Positions 20,337-30,261 of a DNA stretch of 52,286 nucleotides are shown here, in pieces (positions within the stretch are counted from its first letter, which is position 1; each line of letters begins with the position of its first letter). The notes below the pieces were generated by a model. The model had not been told where the DNA came from and did not search any database. It saw only the letters and a program-made list of their open reading frames with translations. The DNA lies in the sequence record DRR723986_19395, one strand, 5' to 3'. The position numbers were made by a program, and so were the translations under genes.

Positions 20337-21463
20337 TGGATGTCTTTTGCCTGATGGGATATTGTCCCTAAAACCCAAAAATAACCTAAATACAAGAAAT
20401 CAAGTATCCAGATATTTTTTGGTGGTTTAGTGCCTTGAATCTTTTTCTCAGCTGCTTTGAAAATTAGCGTGAGTAGAATAGACCTCAATAGGATAATACC
20501 GAAAACAGCTGAAAAATGTTCCCAGCTTTGGGCTAAACCGAAATAAATAAGCAATCCTATCCCACCAAGCCAGAATAATGCATGTGAAAAGGAGTATAAT
20601 CCAATCTTTCTCTTGTCTTCGCGCCGATAATATTTGCCCACGTGCAGGTGTCGTTTTTTCTGGGTGAGGTATTCTTTGCGGGTTTCTTTTGGTTTGGAAA
20701 TCGTATTTGCTTCTGGATCTAAAATTATTGCTGTGTTGCCGCCGCTTGCATACTGATTTAGGAAAAGGTCATCATCTCCACCTTCAATATGCCAAATGCC
20801 CTTGAAGGCTTTGACGCTCATGAAAAATTCCTTTCGGTAGCAGAGATTCCTGCCGATTCCCATGAAGGGTCTTTTCCACAAACCGAAAGACATATAGTAT
20901 AAGGCTGTTAACAAGGTCTCAAATTGAATCCAGTTGTTTAAGAAACCAGGTTTTTGCTCGTATCCTGAAAATCCCACTGCAAATGTTTTGTCTTGATTTC
21001 GAACTGGTGCAGTCATTTTTCTGATCCATTGATCGGTTTCTGGAATGCAATCTGCATCGGTCAGAAGTATAACGTCATTTTTGGCGACTTTAATACCTAG
21101 TGTAAGTGCATACTTTTTGGCAGTGACATGCGCTGGTGTGTATTTGATCGTAACAGAGCGAAGTTTAGGGTAAATTTCCATCATTTGCTCCAGCAGTCGC
21201 TTAGTTCTATCGGAAGATCTATCGTTGACGATCATCACATCGAAAGCAGGATAGTCTTGCTCGAAAAGCTTAGGGATGAGTGTTTTAAGATTTGCAAACT
21301 CATTGTGAGCGCAGATTACAACAGTCACTCCTTCCTCGTTTTCATTAACGGAATGCGACTGATTACCATTGTAAAAGGCTGACTTTCCAAAAATAACCAA
21401 TAGGTAAACTGCTTGGATGAGGATTCCAATTCCGAAGAAAAACCAAAGTAAAAATAGGCCCAT
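20327..21463 (-). CDS. Family 2 membrane glycosyltransferase
   Basis: VVICAHNE, VNDRSSD, KKYAL, LTDADC, GDDDLF, QKKRH; TM segments at both ends. Confidence 0.9.
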   Translation of the reverse strand: MGLFLLWFFFGIGILIQAVYLLVIFGKSAFYNGNQSHSVNENEEGVTVVICAHNEFANLKTLIPKLFEQDYPAFDVMIVNDRSSDRTKRLLEQMMEIYPKLRSVTIKYTPAHVTAKKYALTLGIKVAKNDVILLTDADCIPETDQWIRKMTAPVRNQDKTFAVGFSGYEQKPGFLNNWIQFETLLTALYYMSFGLWKRPFMGIGRNLCYRKEFFMSVKAFKGIWHIEGGDDDLFLNQYASGGNTAIILDPEANTISKPKETRKEYLTQKKRHLHVGKYYRREDKRKIGLYSFSHALFWLGGIGLLIYFGLAQSWEHFSAVFGIILLRSILLTLIFKAAEKKIQGTKPPKNIWILDFLYLGYFWVLGTISHQAKDIQWK

Positions 21464-21584
21464 AGGTCGCTTTTGCTGAGCAAATATAAAATCAAATTCA
21501 GCAAACCATTTAAGAATAAGCGTATATTTTTGTAGGCCGAATGAGACAATGTGTAGAATGTCTCAACAGCAACCCATTAGCGAT

Positions 21585-22715
21585 ATGAAGTTTACTTTAA
21601 CCCACCAAGATTCCAAGAGTAGAGCCAGAGCAGGTGTAGTGAAAACTGACCACGGTGATATTCAGACACCGATTTTTATGCCTGTAGGTACTGCGGGTTC
21701 TGTGAAGGCAGTTCATCAGCGGGAATTGGATCAGGATATCAAGGCTCAAATTATCCTTGGAAATACCTATCATTTGTATTTGAGGCCTGGGCTTGATGTG
21801 CTGGAAAAAGCTGGAGGACTTCACAAATTCAATGGTTGGGAGAAACCTATCTTGACCGATAGTGGAGGATACCAGGTTTTTTCTTTGTCAGGAACACGCA
21901 AAATCAAGGAAGATGGTGTGATGTTCAAGTCTCACATTGACGGTTCCAAACACCATTTCACTCCAGAGAATGTCATGGATATTCAGCGAACGATAGGAGC
22001 CGATATCATTATGGCATTTGACGAGTGTACTCCTTATCCCTGTGAATATGGCTATGCGAGGAATTCCATGGAGATGACACATCGCTGGTTGACTCGTTGT
22101 ATCGATCGATTTGATGCTACAGAAGGAAAGTATGGTTACGACCAAACGCTGTTTCCGATTGTGCAAGGCTCAGTCTACAAGGATTTGCGCAAGCAAAGTG
22201 CGGAATTCATTGCTTCTACCAATCAGCAGGGGAATGCAATTGGCGGACTTTCAGTAGGGGAGCCTGCTGAAATGATGTATGAGATGACAGAGTTGGTCAC
22301 TGATATTTTGCCGCAGGACAAGCCACGCTACTTGATGGGAGTGGGAACTCCCGCCAATATCCTGGAGTGCATTGCACTTGGGGTAGATATGTTTGACTGC
22401 GTAATGCCCACCCGAAATGCTCGAAATGGCATGCTATTCACCTCTGAGGGATTTATTAATATCCGAAATGAAAAGTGGAAGGAAGATTTTAGTGGAATTG
22501 ATCCGGCTATTGGTGGATACGTGAGTACCTTCTATTCTAAAGCATATTTAAGGCATTTGACGATCAGCAAGGAGATCTTGGCGGCTCAAATAGCCAGTAT
22601 TCATAACCTAAGTTTTTATCTTTGGCTTGTGGGCCAAGCTAGAGAACATATCCTAGCTGGTGATTTTGCCGTTTGGAAAGATCAAATGGTGAAGAAAGTG
22701 AGCACCAGACTCTAA
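21585..22715 (+). CDS. tgt: tRNA-guanine transglycosylase (queuine)
   Basis: TPIFMPVGT, LGNTYHL, TDSGGYQV, AFDEC, YLMGVG, DMFDCVMPTR; start uncertain (21549/21558/21585). Confidence 0.95.
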   Translation: MKFTLTHQDSKSRARAGVVKTDHGDIQTPIFMPVGTAGSVKAVHQRELDQDIKAQIILGNTYHLYLRPGLDVLEKAGGLHKFNGWEKPILTDSGGYQVFSLSGTRKIKEDGVMFKSHIDGSKHHFTPENVMDIQRTIGADIIMAFDECTPYPCEYGYARNSMEMTHRWLTRCIDRFDATEGKYGYDQTLFPIVQGSVYKDLRKQSAEFIASTNQQGNAIGGLSVGEPAEMMYEMTELVTDILPQDKPRYLMGVGTPANILECIALGVDMFDCVMPTRNARNGMLFTSEGFINIRNEKWKEDFSGIDPAIGGYVSTFYSKAYLRHLTISKEILAAQIASIHNLSFYLWLVGQAREHILAGDFAVWKDQMVKKVSTRL

Positions 22716-22717
22716 TT

Positions 22718-23791
22718 ATGAAGCTACTCGACAAACTGATCATCAAGGATTTTCTCAAGACCTACTTTTTCGTAGTGGTAATGCTGGTCCTGGTGGTTTT
22801 GGTTTTGGATTTCACTGAAAAGAACGATACCTACATCAGGAATGAAGTTCCTTCCAGGGAAATTTTTAAATACATGATCAATTATGGGCTTTATTTGAAT
22901 AACCTTCTGACCCCAATCACTGTATTTATTTCGGTTATTTTTATCACTTCCAAAATGGCTGGAAGAACGGAAATTATTGCAATACTGAGCAGTGGGGTTA
23001 GCTTTATTAGAATGCTTAGACCATTTCTCTTTGCCGCGACTATGATCGGTGGGGCTAGTTTTTTACTGAATGGCTGGGTGCTGCCAGGAGCTACTGCGGG
23101 AGTTACTGAGTTCCGCATCAATTATTTGGAAAAAGAGAAAACCACTTCAGAAGCAAATATCCACATTAAAGTAGGCGAAGAGTCATATGCGTATATCAGC
23201 CGATTTTACAACACTTCTTTGATAGGTTATTCTTTTACTTTGGAAACCATAAAAGATGGGGAGCTTTTGGCTAAACTCTCTGCAGATAATATCGAGTGGG
23301 ACACTGCCAAGAATGTTTGGACAATAAATAATTGGAGGCTACGCAAACTTAAAGGTAGGATAGAAGAATATACAGTTGGCGAAGAACTCGACACGATGCT
23401 CTCTATCCGGCCTGAAGACTTTGACCTGCCACCTAATCATCATGAAACCTTGAAACTTCCCGAATTAGGAAAGCAGATTAAAGTGTTGGAAGCGCGAGGA
23501 GCAGATAATGTCGGCTTTTATAAAATCGAACGCTATGTCCGTTTTATGTCCCCATTTGCGGCTATTATTTTGACTTTTATTGGAGTGATTATGTCTGCAA
23601 AGAAAACCAGAGGTGGTTCTGGATTTCAGATTGCGATGGGTTTTCTATTAGCATTTATTTATATCATCCTTTTTATTCTCTCTAGGACATTTGCAGAAAA
23701 CGGAGCTACTTACCCGATTTTTGCGGTTTGGCTCCCCAATATTCTTTTTGCTTTTACTGGTCTATTACTTTATAAAACTGTCCCTCGATAA
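22718..23791 (+). CDS. LptF/LptG family LPS export permease
   Basis: MKLLDKLIIKDF, EIIAILSSGVS..R..RP; 3 TM, periplasmic domain, 3 TM. Confidence 0.88.
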   Translation: MKLLDKLIIKDFLKTYFFVVVMLVLVVLVLDFTEKNDTYIRNEVPSREIFKYMINYGLYLNNLLTPITVFISVIFITSKMAGRTEIIAILSSGVSFIRMLRPFLFAATMIGGASFLLNGWVLPGATAGVTEFRINYLEKEKTTSEANIHIKVGEESYAYISRFYNTSLIGYSFTLETIKDGELLAKLSADNIEWDTAKNVWTINNWRLRKLKGRIEEYTVGEELDTMLSIRPEDFDLPPNHHETLKLPELGKQIKVLEARGADNVGFYKIERYVRFMSPFAAIILTFIGVIMSAKKTRGGSGFQIAMGFLLAFIYIILFILSRTFAENGATYPIFAVWLPNILFAFTGLLLYKTVPR

Positions 23792-24700
23792 ATGAACGCA
23801 ACGATCAAGGATTACTTGATGCTTCATTTGATAGTACTCATTTGGGGATTTACAGCTATTCTGGGATTGCTCATTAGCTTACCTGCGATTGAGCTGGTGT
23901 TTTATAGAACCTTGATCGCATCTATAGGAGTCGCTGGACTTTTCTTGCTGAGGAAGAAAAATCTGCTGATGCCATTACCTGATATGATCAAAGTCACTGG
24001 AGTTGGCTTTGTGATCGCAATGCACTGGATTTTGTTTTTCTGGTCAGCTCGAGTTTCTACAGCTTCAGTTTGTCTGGCAGGAATGGCAACAACATCACTT
24101 TGGACTGCATTCGTAGAGCCCTTATTCAATCGCACAAAAATCAAATGGTATGAAGTAGGGCTCGGTTTGATGGTGATTTCTGGTCTTTTGGTGATTTTCA
24201 GTTTCGAGACAGGTTATTGGCTTGGGTTAAGTATGGCGCTCGCTTCATCATTTTTGGCAGCAGTTTTCTCAGTCTTAAATGGAAAGCTAGCCCACAGGCA
24301 CAATCCTTATCAGATCACTTTCTTTGAGATGGCGGGTGCTTGCTTATTTACGATACTCTTTATGCCGATTTATTCCAATTTCATGACTGAAGGAGGATTG
24401 CAGCTTACTTGGGTAGGTTACGATTGGTTTTGGTTATTTATCCTTGGGGGGATTTGTACAGTCTATGCATTCTCAGTTTCGGTAGAATTGATGAAACGAC
24501 TTTCAGTCTTTTCAATCAATCTGACCATTAACTTAGAGCCTGTATACGGTATTATTCTGGCTGTATTGATTTTTGGGGAAAGCGAAAAAATGACTCCTCA
24601 ATTTTATGTAGGAACGGCGATAATTCTGGTGTCGGTACTTACTTATCCCGTATTGAATTACTTGAATAAAAGGAGGAAGCCAGTACGGCCGTTGGGGTGA
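23792..24700 (+). CDS. DMT/EamA family transporter
   Basis: ~10 TM, LHLIVLIWGFTAILG, NLEPVYGI. Confidence 0.88.
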   Translation: MNATIKDYLMLHLIVLIWGFTAILGLLISLPAIELVFYRTLIASIGVAGLFLLRKKNLLMPLPDMIKVTGVGFVIAMHWILFFWSARVSTASVCLAGMATTSLWTAFVEPLFNRTKIKWYEVGLGLMVISGLLVIFSFETGYWLGLSMALASSFLAAVFSVLNGKLAHRHNPYQITFFEMAGACLFTILFMPIYSNFMTEGGLQLTWVGYDWFWLFILGGICTVYAFSVSVELMKRLSVFSINLTINLEPVYGIILAVLIFGESEKMTPQFYVGTAIILVSVLTYPVLNYLNKRRKPVRPLG

Positions 24701-24727
24701 ATTATTCCTCGGGATCATCTATTCGCC

Positions 24728-24961
24728 TTAAATAACCTCCAGGCCTTCATTCGCCATTGATATCACAATGTTTTGTTGCGTAGCTTGATCAACGGAGATA
24801 AAATATAGCTGTTTCTTAAAGTCCTGAGTATTAAAATCAGGATTTGCTTTAGTTTGATTTTGCTTTTTAGCTTTTGAAAAAGCCTTATTGAAGTGCTTTA
24901 TTTGATTAATAGAATTTAGTTTTTTAGTTGATTCGAAGTCGTAATTGCTAAGAATACTAAG
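24728..24961 (-). pseudogene. Start-less 77-codon open frame directly after the ispE stop; probable gene remnant
   Basis: Manual translation LSILSNYDFESTKKLNSINQIKHFNKAFSKAKKQNQTKANPDFNTQDFKKQLYFISVDQATQQNIVISMANEGLEVI*. Confidence 0.4.
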
Positions 24962-25774
24962 CTATACCAACTGGCTTTCAAATACGAAGAACTTATTGTC
25001 CCAATCAATTTGAGATGGCTTTTCCTCAAATAAGCCAAACACAGATGAACCTGAGCCGGACATTGCTGCGTAATAAGCTCCATTTTCATACAGTTTATCT
25101 TTTACCCTCGCGATTTCGGGATGATTGGGGAATATGCTCGCTTCAAAGTCATTTACAAGTTCATCTTTCCATCGTCTCTTATCAGCCAGAACTTCTTCGA
25201 GTTTCACTTTTGGCGCACTTGGAGTGACACCAGCGTAAGCTTCTTTTGTGCCGATATGAATCCCGGGATTTATTAAAACTAAATGATTCCCTTTTAAATT
25301 TACCGCTATAGGTTCCAGAATTTCGCCTCTCCCAGTTGCAATTTTTGGTGTGTTTTCAATGAAAAACGCACAATCACTTCCAAGTTGAGCAGCATATTCC
25401 TCCAGGAAGAACTCATCAAGAATCAGATCAAATAGATTATTCATTAAGGTCAGTGCAAATGCTGCATCAGCAGAGCCTCCGCCTAATCCAGCTCCCATCG
25501 GGATATTTTTCTGCAGATGAATACTTAAGTGAGGAAGATTAGGGAAATCCTTCTTTAAAAGCCGGTAGGCCTTTAGAATAAGATTATCCTTTTTATCGCC
25601 GGGGATGTTGAGACCAGAGCTTTCAAAAGTTGTTTTCTTATTGTCATTAATCATTTCCAAGGCATCAAAAAGCGGAATTGGGATCATACAGGTCTCAATA
25701 TCATGGTATCCATCTTTTCTTTTGGCGGTGATGTGAAGCCCTAGGTTAATCTTAGCGTTTGGAAATGAAATCAT
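24962..25774 (-). CDS. ispE: 4-(cytidine 5'-diphospho)-2-C-methyl-D-erythritol kinase
   Basis: AKINLGL, GYHDIET, KNIPMGAGLGGGSADAA, LGSDC, NDFE, MSGSGS. Confidence 0.96.
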   Translation of the reverse strand: MISFPNAKINLGLHITAKRKDGYHDIETCMIPIPLFDALEMINDNKKTTFESSGLNIPGDKKDNLILKAYRLLKKDFPNLPHLSIHLQKNIPMGAGLGGGSADAAFALTLMNNLFDLILDEFFLEEYAAQLGSDCAFFIENTPKIATGRGEILEPIAVNLKGNHLVLINPGIHIGTKEAYAGVTPSAPKVKLEEVLADKRRWKDELVNDFEASIFPNHPEIARVKDKLYENGAYYAAMSGSGSSVFGLFEEKPSQIDWDNKFFVFESQLV

Positions 25775-26089
25775 TGGAATTATGTTTGGTCAAAATTAGA
25801 ATAAATTTCAGAGGGGAAAGACTTTTCCTTTATTGAGAATTCGGTAAAAAATTTAGCATTTATTGAAGTAATTATGATATATCATTTTTCTTATTAAAAA
25901 AAAGAGAATAACTTTTGATAAATATTGAAGAAATCGGAAATCAGTACAAAATTTTGAAAATCGAAATTTTCAACAAATCATTTGCTGAAATACAGGGGTA
26001 AAGTGAGGGTTTTGAAAATTTATATTTTGAAAAAATAAATTTTGCATACATTTTTCAACTGAGATAGATGAAAAATGTAAAATTAAATA

Positions 26090-26120
26090 TTGTAAGTCTC
26101 AAAATTCGGTTTTAAGTTTG
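26090..26120 (+). promoter_or_regulatory. Promoter of the ilv-leu operon (-33 TTG, -7 TAAGTTTG)
   Basis: TTG at 26090-26092 and TAAGTTTG at 26113-26120, 20-nt spacer, matching the Bacteroidota consensus. Confidence 0.6.
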
Positions 26121-26164
26121 TCCTACACTTCAACATAGAGTTGGGGGAAGTCTCAAAAAATAGT

Positions 26165-26215
26165 ATGTATAAAGTAGTCATTTTGCTAAGCGTCATTATT
26201 CTCATTAGATTTTAA
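26165..26215 (+). CDS. ilv-leu operon leader peptide MYKVVILLSVIILIRF
   Basis: 10 of 16 codons are Val/Ile/Leu; lies between the promoter and the attenuator upstream of ilvD. Confidence 0.85.
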   Translation: MYKVVILLSVIILIRF

Positions 26216-26216
26216 T

Positions 26217-26292
26217 GTGAGGCACTAGACTATTATTTATAATGAAATAAAAAACATCTAAAGTGCCTCACTAAGCTGAGGCACTTTTTTTT
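26217..26292 (+). promoter_or_regulatory. Transcription attenuator: antiterminator arm 26217-26226, terminator 26260-26292
   Basis: GTGAGGCACT is the perfect complement of AGTGCCTCAC (26262-26271), which is also the 5' arm of the terminator AAAGTGCCTCA-CTAAGC-TGAGGCAC+T8. Confidence 0.85.
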
Positions 26293-26306
26293 ATACCCAT
26301 TAAAAT

Positions 26307-27986
26307 ATGACCCTGAAAAAATACAGTTGGGAGATAAGTGACAATCCTGAGCATCCAGCAGGAATGGCAATGTTGTATGCCACTGGGATGAGTGATAAAA
26401 AGATGAAACAGCCTTTTGTAGGGGTGGCCAGTTGTGGCTATGAAAGTAACCCCTGCAATATGCATCTTAACGACTTTGCCGGTCTGATCAAGGAGTCTTC
26501 ACAAGACCATGATCTGACCGGTTTAATTTTTAATACCATTGGGATTTCTGATGGAACTTCAATGGGGACGCTGGGAATGCGCTATTCCTTGGTCTCAAGG
26601 GAGATAATAGCGGATTCAATTGAGTCTTTTATTCTTGGGCACTCTTTTGATGGCTGTGTGGCTGTGGCAGGTTGCGACAAGAACATGCCAGGAGCCGTGA
26701 TGGGAATGCTTCGTATAGACAGGCCCTCTATCATGGTTTACGGAGGTACGATAGCTTCAGGTAATTATAAAGGAGAAAAGCTGAATATCGTCTCGGCTTT
26801 CGAAGCTTTTGGTAAACGAGTAAATGGAAATATCTCTGACGAAGATTACGATGGCGTAATCCGAAATGCTTGCCCTGGTGCCGGTGCTTGTGGTGGGATG
26901 TACACAGCCAACACTATGTCTTCGGCAATAGAAGCATTGGGAATGTCTTTACCTTATTCTGCATCTAATCCGGCAAACTCTCCTGAGAAGCTTCAGGAAT
27001 GCCGAGATGTCAATAAGTACATGAGAATACTTCTGGAGAAAGATATCAAACCAAGTGATATCGTTACTAGAAAAAGCATAGAGAATGCAGTGACTGTTGC
27101 TATAGCCTTAGGTGGAAGTACCAATGCTGTAATGCACATCATAGCGATCGCTAGAACAGCTGGGGTTGATTTTACCATAAATGACTTCAAAGCGATAAAT
27201 GCAAAAACCCCAATGATCGGTGACTTCAAGCCATCCGGCAAATTCATGATGGAAGACCTGCATGAGCAAGGTGGAGTTCCGGCATTTATGAAATACATGT
27301 TGCAAAATGGATTTATCCATGGAGACTGTCTCACCGTGACAGGAAAAACTGTAGAAGAGAATTTAAAAGATATAGCACCGGTGACCGTTTCTATGGTGAA
27401 TGTCATTCATCCATTGGAGACTCCTATAAAAGCAACTGGGCACCTTTGCATTTTGGATGGCAATTTGGCTCCAGAAGGAGCTGTCGCCAAAATTACAGGA
27501 AAAGAAGGAAGTTCGTTTACAGGTCCAGCTCATGTGTTTGACTCCGAGCAGGAAGCAAATGACGCCATTCGTGATCATAAAGTACAAAAAGGTGAAGTGC
27601 TTGTCATTAGAAATATAGGTCCAAAAGGTGGTCCGGGAATGCCGGAAATGTTGAAGCCTACTTCTATGATTATCGGTGCTGGGTTGGGTTCTGACGTGGC
27701 GTTGATTACCGACGGAAGGTTCTCAGGAGGCACGCACGGTTTTGTCGTTGGACATGTGACCCCAGAGGCATGGTCTGGTGGACCAATTGGACTCGTCCAA
27801 AATGGAGATATCATAACCATCGATGCTGATGGCTTAAAACTTTCAGTCGCAGTATCTGATGCAGAATTAGCAGAAAGAAAGAAATCCTGGAAACAGAAAG
27901 AAATGCCTGAATTACAGGGGACATTAAAGAAATACAACAAATTAGTATCTACCGCATCCGAAGGTTGCGTAACAGACAAATTCTAA
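26307..27986 (+). CDS. ilvD: Dihydroxy-acid dehydratase
   Basis: [49 protein letters not shown]. Confidence 0.96.
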   Translation: MTLKKYSWEISDNPEHPAGMAMLYATGMSDKKMKQPFVGVASCGYESNPCNMHLNDFAGLIKESSQDHDLTGLIFNTIGISDGTSMGTLGMRYSLVSREIIADSIESFILGHSFDGCVAVAGCDKNMPGAVMGMLRIDRPSIMVYGGTIASGNYKGEKLNIVSAFEAFGKRVNGNISDEDYDGVIRNACPGAGACGGMYTANTMSSAIEALGMSLPYSASNPANSPEKLQECRDVNKYMRILLEKDIKPSDIVTRKSIENAVTVAIALGGSTNAVMHIIAIARTAGVDFTINDFKAINAKTPMIGDFKPSGKFMMEDLHEQGGVPAFMKYMLQNGFIHGDCLTVTGKTVEENLKDIAPVTVSMVNVIHPLETPIKATGHLCILDGNLAPEGAVAKITGKEGSSFTGPAHVFDSEQEANDAIRDHKVQKGEVLVIRNIGPKGGPGMPEMLKPTSMIIGAGLGSDVALITDGRFSGGTHGFVVGHVTPEAWSGGPIGLVQNGDIITIDADGLKLSVAVSDAELAERKKSWKQKEMPELQGTLKKYNKLVSTASEGCVTDKF

Positions 27987-27990
27987 GCCC

Positions 27991-29685
27991 ATGAAGGATT
28001 CAATGATAAGAGGTGCTGACATCGTTGTCAGATCGCTCATTGCCGAGAATGCGGAAATAATCTTCGGGTATCCCGGAGGAGCAATAATGCCCGTATACGA
28101 CGCATTGCATGATTATCACGACCAGTTAAGACATGTATTAACTCGCCATGAGCAAGGAGCAATCCATGCAGCTCAGGGGTATGCTCGTGTGTCTGGAAAA
28201 GTCGGCGTCTGTATTGCTACTTCTGGTCCTGGTGCCACGAATTTGATTACAGGTCTTGCGGATGCACAGATTGACAGCACTCCTTTGGTATGTATTACCG
28301 GACAAGTTGCCTCACATCTTTTAGGAACTGATGCTTTTCAGGAGACAGATGTAGTCGGCATCTCAATGCCGGGTACCAAGTGGAATATCCAAGTCAGAAG
28401 AGTAGAAGATATCGCTCCTGCTATCGCAAAAGGATTTTATATCGCAAAATCTGGAAGACCAGGGCCGGTTTTGATTGATATCACCAAAGATGCTCAGACG
28501 AATTTTGGGGATTTTAATTATGAGCCTTGCTTAGGATTTAGATCTTACAGAACGCATATTCCTATTGAAAAATCTGCAATTCAAGAAGCCGCTTTCTTGA
28601 TCAATATGGCTAAGAGACCCTATGTTCTTTTTGGACAGGGCGTGGTACTTGGCGGAGCCGAAACTGAATTGAAAGCATTTTTGGAAAAATCTGGTATTCC
28701 TGCTGCATGCACCTTATTAGGGTCGGGCGCCTTGTCTGAAGATCATCCAAACTATGTGGGGAAACTTGGCATGCATGGAAACTACGCCCCAAACATGCTA
28801 ACTAATCAGTGTGATATTTTGATCGCAGTGGGAATGAGATTTGATGACCGGGTGACCGGAGATCTAAAGCGGTACGCGAAGCAGGCTAAAGTGATCCACC
28901 TGGAACTTGATCCAGCAGAAATCAATAAAAATGTGAAATGCGAAGTTGCTGTATTAGGCAGCTGTAAGGATAGCTTGGCATTATTGACTGCCGCTGTGAA
29001 TAAAAACACTTATTCAGATTGGATGGCAAAATTCAAAGAATTGTCAGATCAGGAGAAAGCAACAGTCATCGATCCTGATTTGACACCGACTAAACCTGGA
29101 TTGACCATGGGTGAAGTAATTCATCAGGTTAATAAATACAAAGCTGATGATGCGATCCTAGTCACTGACGTAGGCCAGCACCAAATGATCTCTTGGAGAT
29201 ATTTCAATTACAAGAAACCACGGACACAAGTGACTTCTGGTGGCTTAGGAACTATGGGTTTTGCCCTTCCAGCAGCTCTAGGAGCCCAGATGTATGATTT
29301 CTCCAGACAGGTAATCTGTGTAGTAGGAGATGGAGGTATCCAGATGACGATCCAGGAATTGGGTACCATTATGCAGACCAAGGCTCCAGTGAAGATTGTG
29401 TTACTTAACAATAATTTTCTTGGAATGGTAAGACAGTGGCAGCAAATGTTCTTTGACAAGCGCTACTCTTTTACCGAACTTGATAATCCTGATTTCATCA
29501 AAATAGCAGAGGCATATAATATTCAAGCGCAGAAAGTTTCCGTCAGGGATGATCTGCAAGAAGCTATAGAAGATATGCTGATTCACGATGGACCTTATTT
29601 CCTCGAAGTGGTAGTGGAAAAAGAAGACAATGTATTCCCCATGATTGCCACTGGCTGTTCAGTGGAAGAGGTTAGACTTAGCTAA
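27991..29685 (+). CDS. ilvB: Acetolactate synthase large subunit
   Basis: FGYPGGA, RHEQGA, TSGPGATN, RFDDRVTG, DVGQHQM, GDGG...NN TPP motif. Confidence 0.96.
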   Translation: MKDSMIRGADIVVRSLIAENAEIIFGYPGGAIMPVYDALHDYHDQLRHVLTRHEQGAIHAAQGYARVSGKVGVCIATSGPGATNLITGLADAQIDSTPLVCITGQVASHLLGTDAFQETDVVGISMPGTKWNIQVRRVEDIAPAIAKGFYIAKSGRPGPVLIDITKDAQTNFGDFNYEPCLGFRSYRTHIPIEKSAIQEAAFLINMAKRPYVLFGQGVVLGGAETELKAFLEKSGIPAACTLLGSGALSEDHPNYVGKLGMHGNYAPNMLTNQCDILIAVGMRFDDRVTGDLKRYAKQAKVIHLELDPAEINKNVKCEVAVLGSCKDSLALLTAAVNKNTYSDWMAKFKELSDQEKATVIDPDLTPTKPGLTMGEVIHQVNKYKADDAILVTDVGQHQMISWRYFNYKKPRTQVTSGGLGTMGFALPAALGAQMYDFSRQVICVVGDGGIQMTIQELGTIMQTKAPVKIVLLNNNFLGMVRQWQQMFFDKRYSFTELDNPDFIKIAEAYNIQAQKVSVRDDLQEAIEDMLIHDGPYFLEVVVEKEDNVFPMIATGCSVEEVRLS

Positions 29686-29696
29686 ACCAACCCTAA

Positions 29697-30197
29697 ATGA
29701 AACGATATACCATATTCGTTATTACCGAAAATTTCATCGGTATTCTTAATCGCATCACCATTATTTTTACCCGTAGAGGTATCAATATCGATGCACTCAC
29801 TGCTTCAGAGAGCCGCTTGGAAGGAATCCATCGGATCACCATCGAAGTCACCGCTTCTGAGGATACCGTGATACAGCTGGTCAATCAGATAGAAAAGATC
29901 ATTGACGTGATCAAGGCTTTTTACCATGAAGATGAAAGCGTAGTCTATCAGGAAATAGCATTGTACAAAATCCCAGTGTCCAGACTGGATGCAGGACTGG
30001 AGAAAATCATCCGTCAGCACAATGCGAAAATCATTGCCGCAGAACCTGATTTTGTGGTATTGGAACTATCCGGCCACAAAGAGCAAACGCAGGAGCTACT
30101 GGAAATTTTAAAAGGCTATGGTCTTCTGGAATTTGCTAGATCAGGCAGAGTAGCTGTTGCAAAGAGAATGCTCACGATTGACAGTTTTGTCAAATAA
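29697..30197 (+). CDS. ilvN: Acetolactate synthase small (regulatory ACT) subunit
   Basis: EN..GILNRI..IFTRRGINI, E.ARSG.VA. Confidence 0.92.
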   Translation: MKRYTIFVITENFIGILNRITIIFTRRGINIDALTASESRLEGIHRITIEVTASEDTVIQLVNQIEKIIDVIKAFYHEDESVVYQEIALYKIPVSRLDAGLEKIIRQHNAKIIAAEPDFVVLELSGHKEQTQELLEILKGYGLLEFARSGRVAVAKRMLTIDSFVK

Positions 30198-30261
30198 TAA
30201 TAAACCAATAAAAAGGCTTCCTCTGGAACCTATCAAACACTAGTAATAAATAAAAAAACAG

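Noticed and set aside
25800-26090. Very AT-rich stretch as replication origin or foreign DNA
   Set aside because: No clustered DnaA boxes seen; fits a divergent promoter region for ispE and ilvD.
26120-26306. T-box riboswitch upstream of ilvD
   Set aside because: No AAGGTGGTACC-like T-box motif, the leader is too short, and the uORF with alternative hairpins explains the region.
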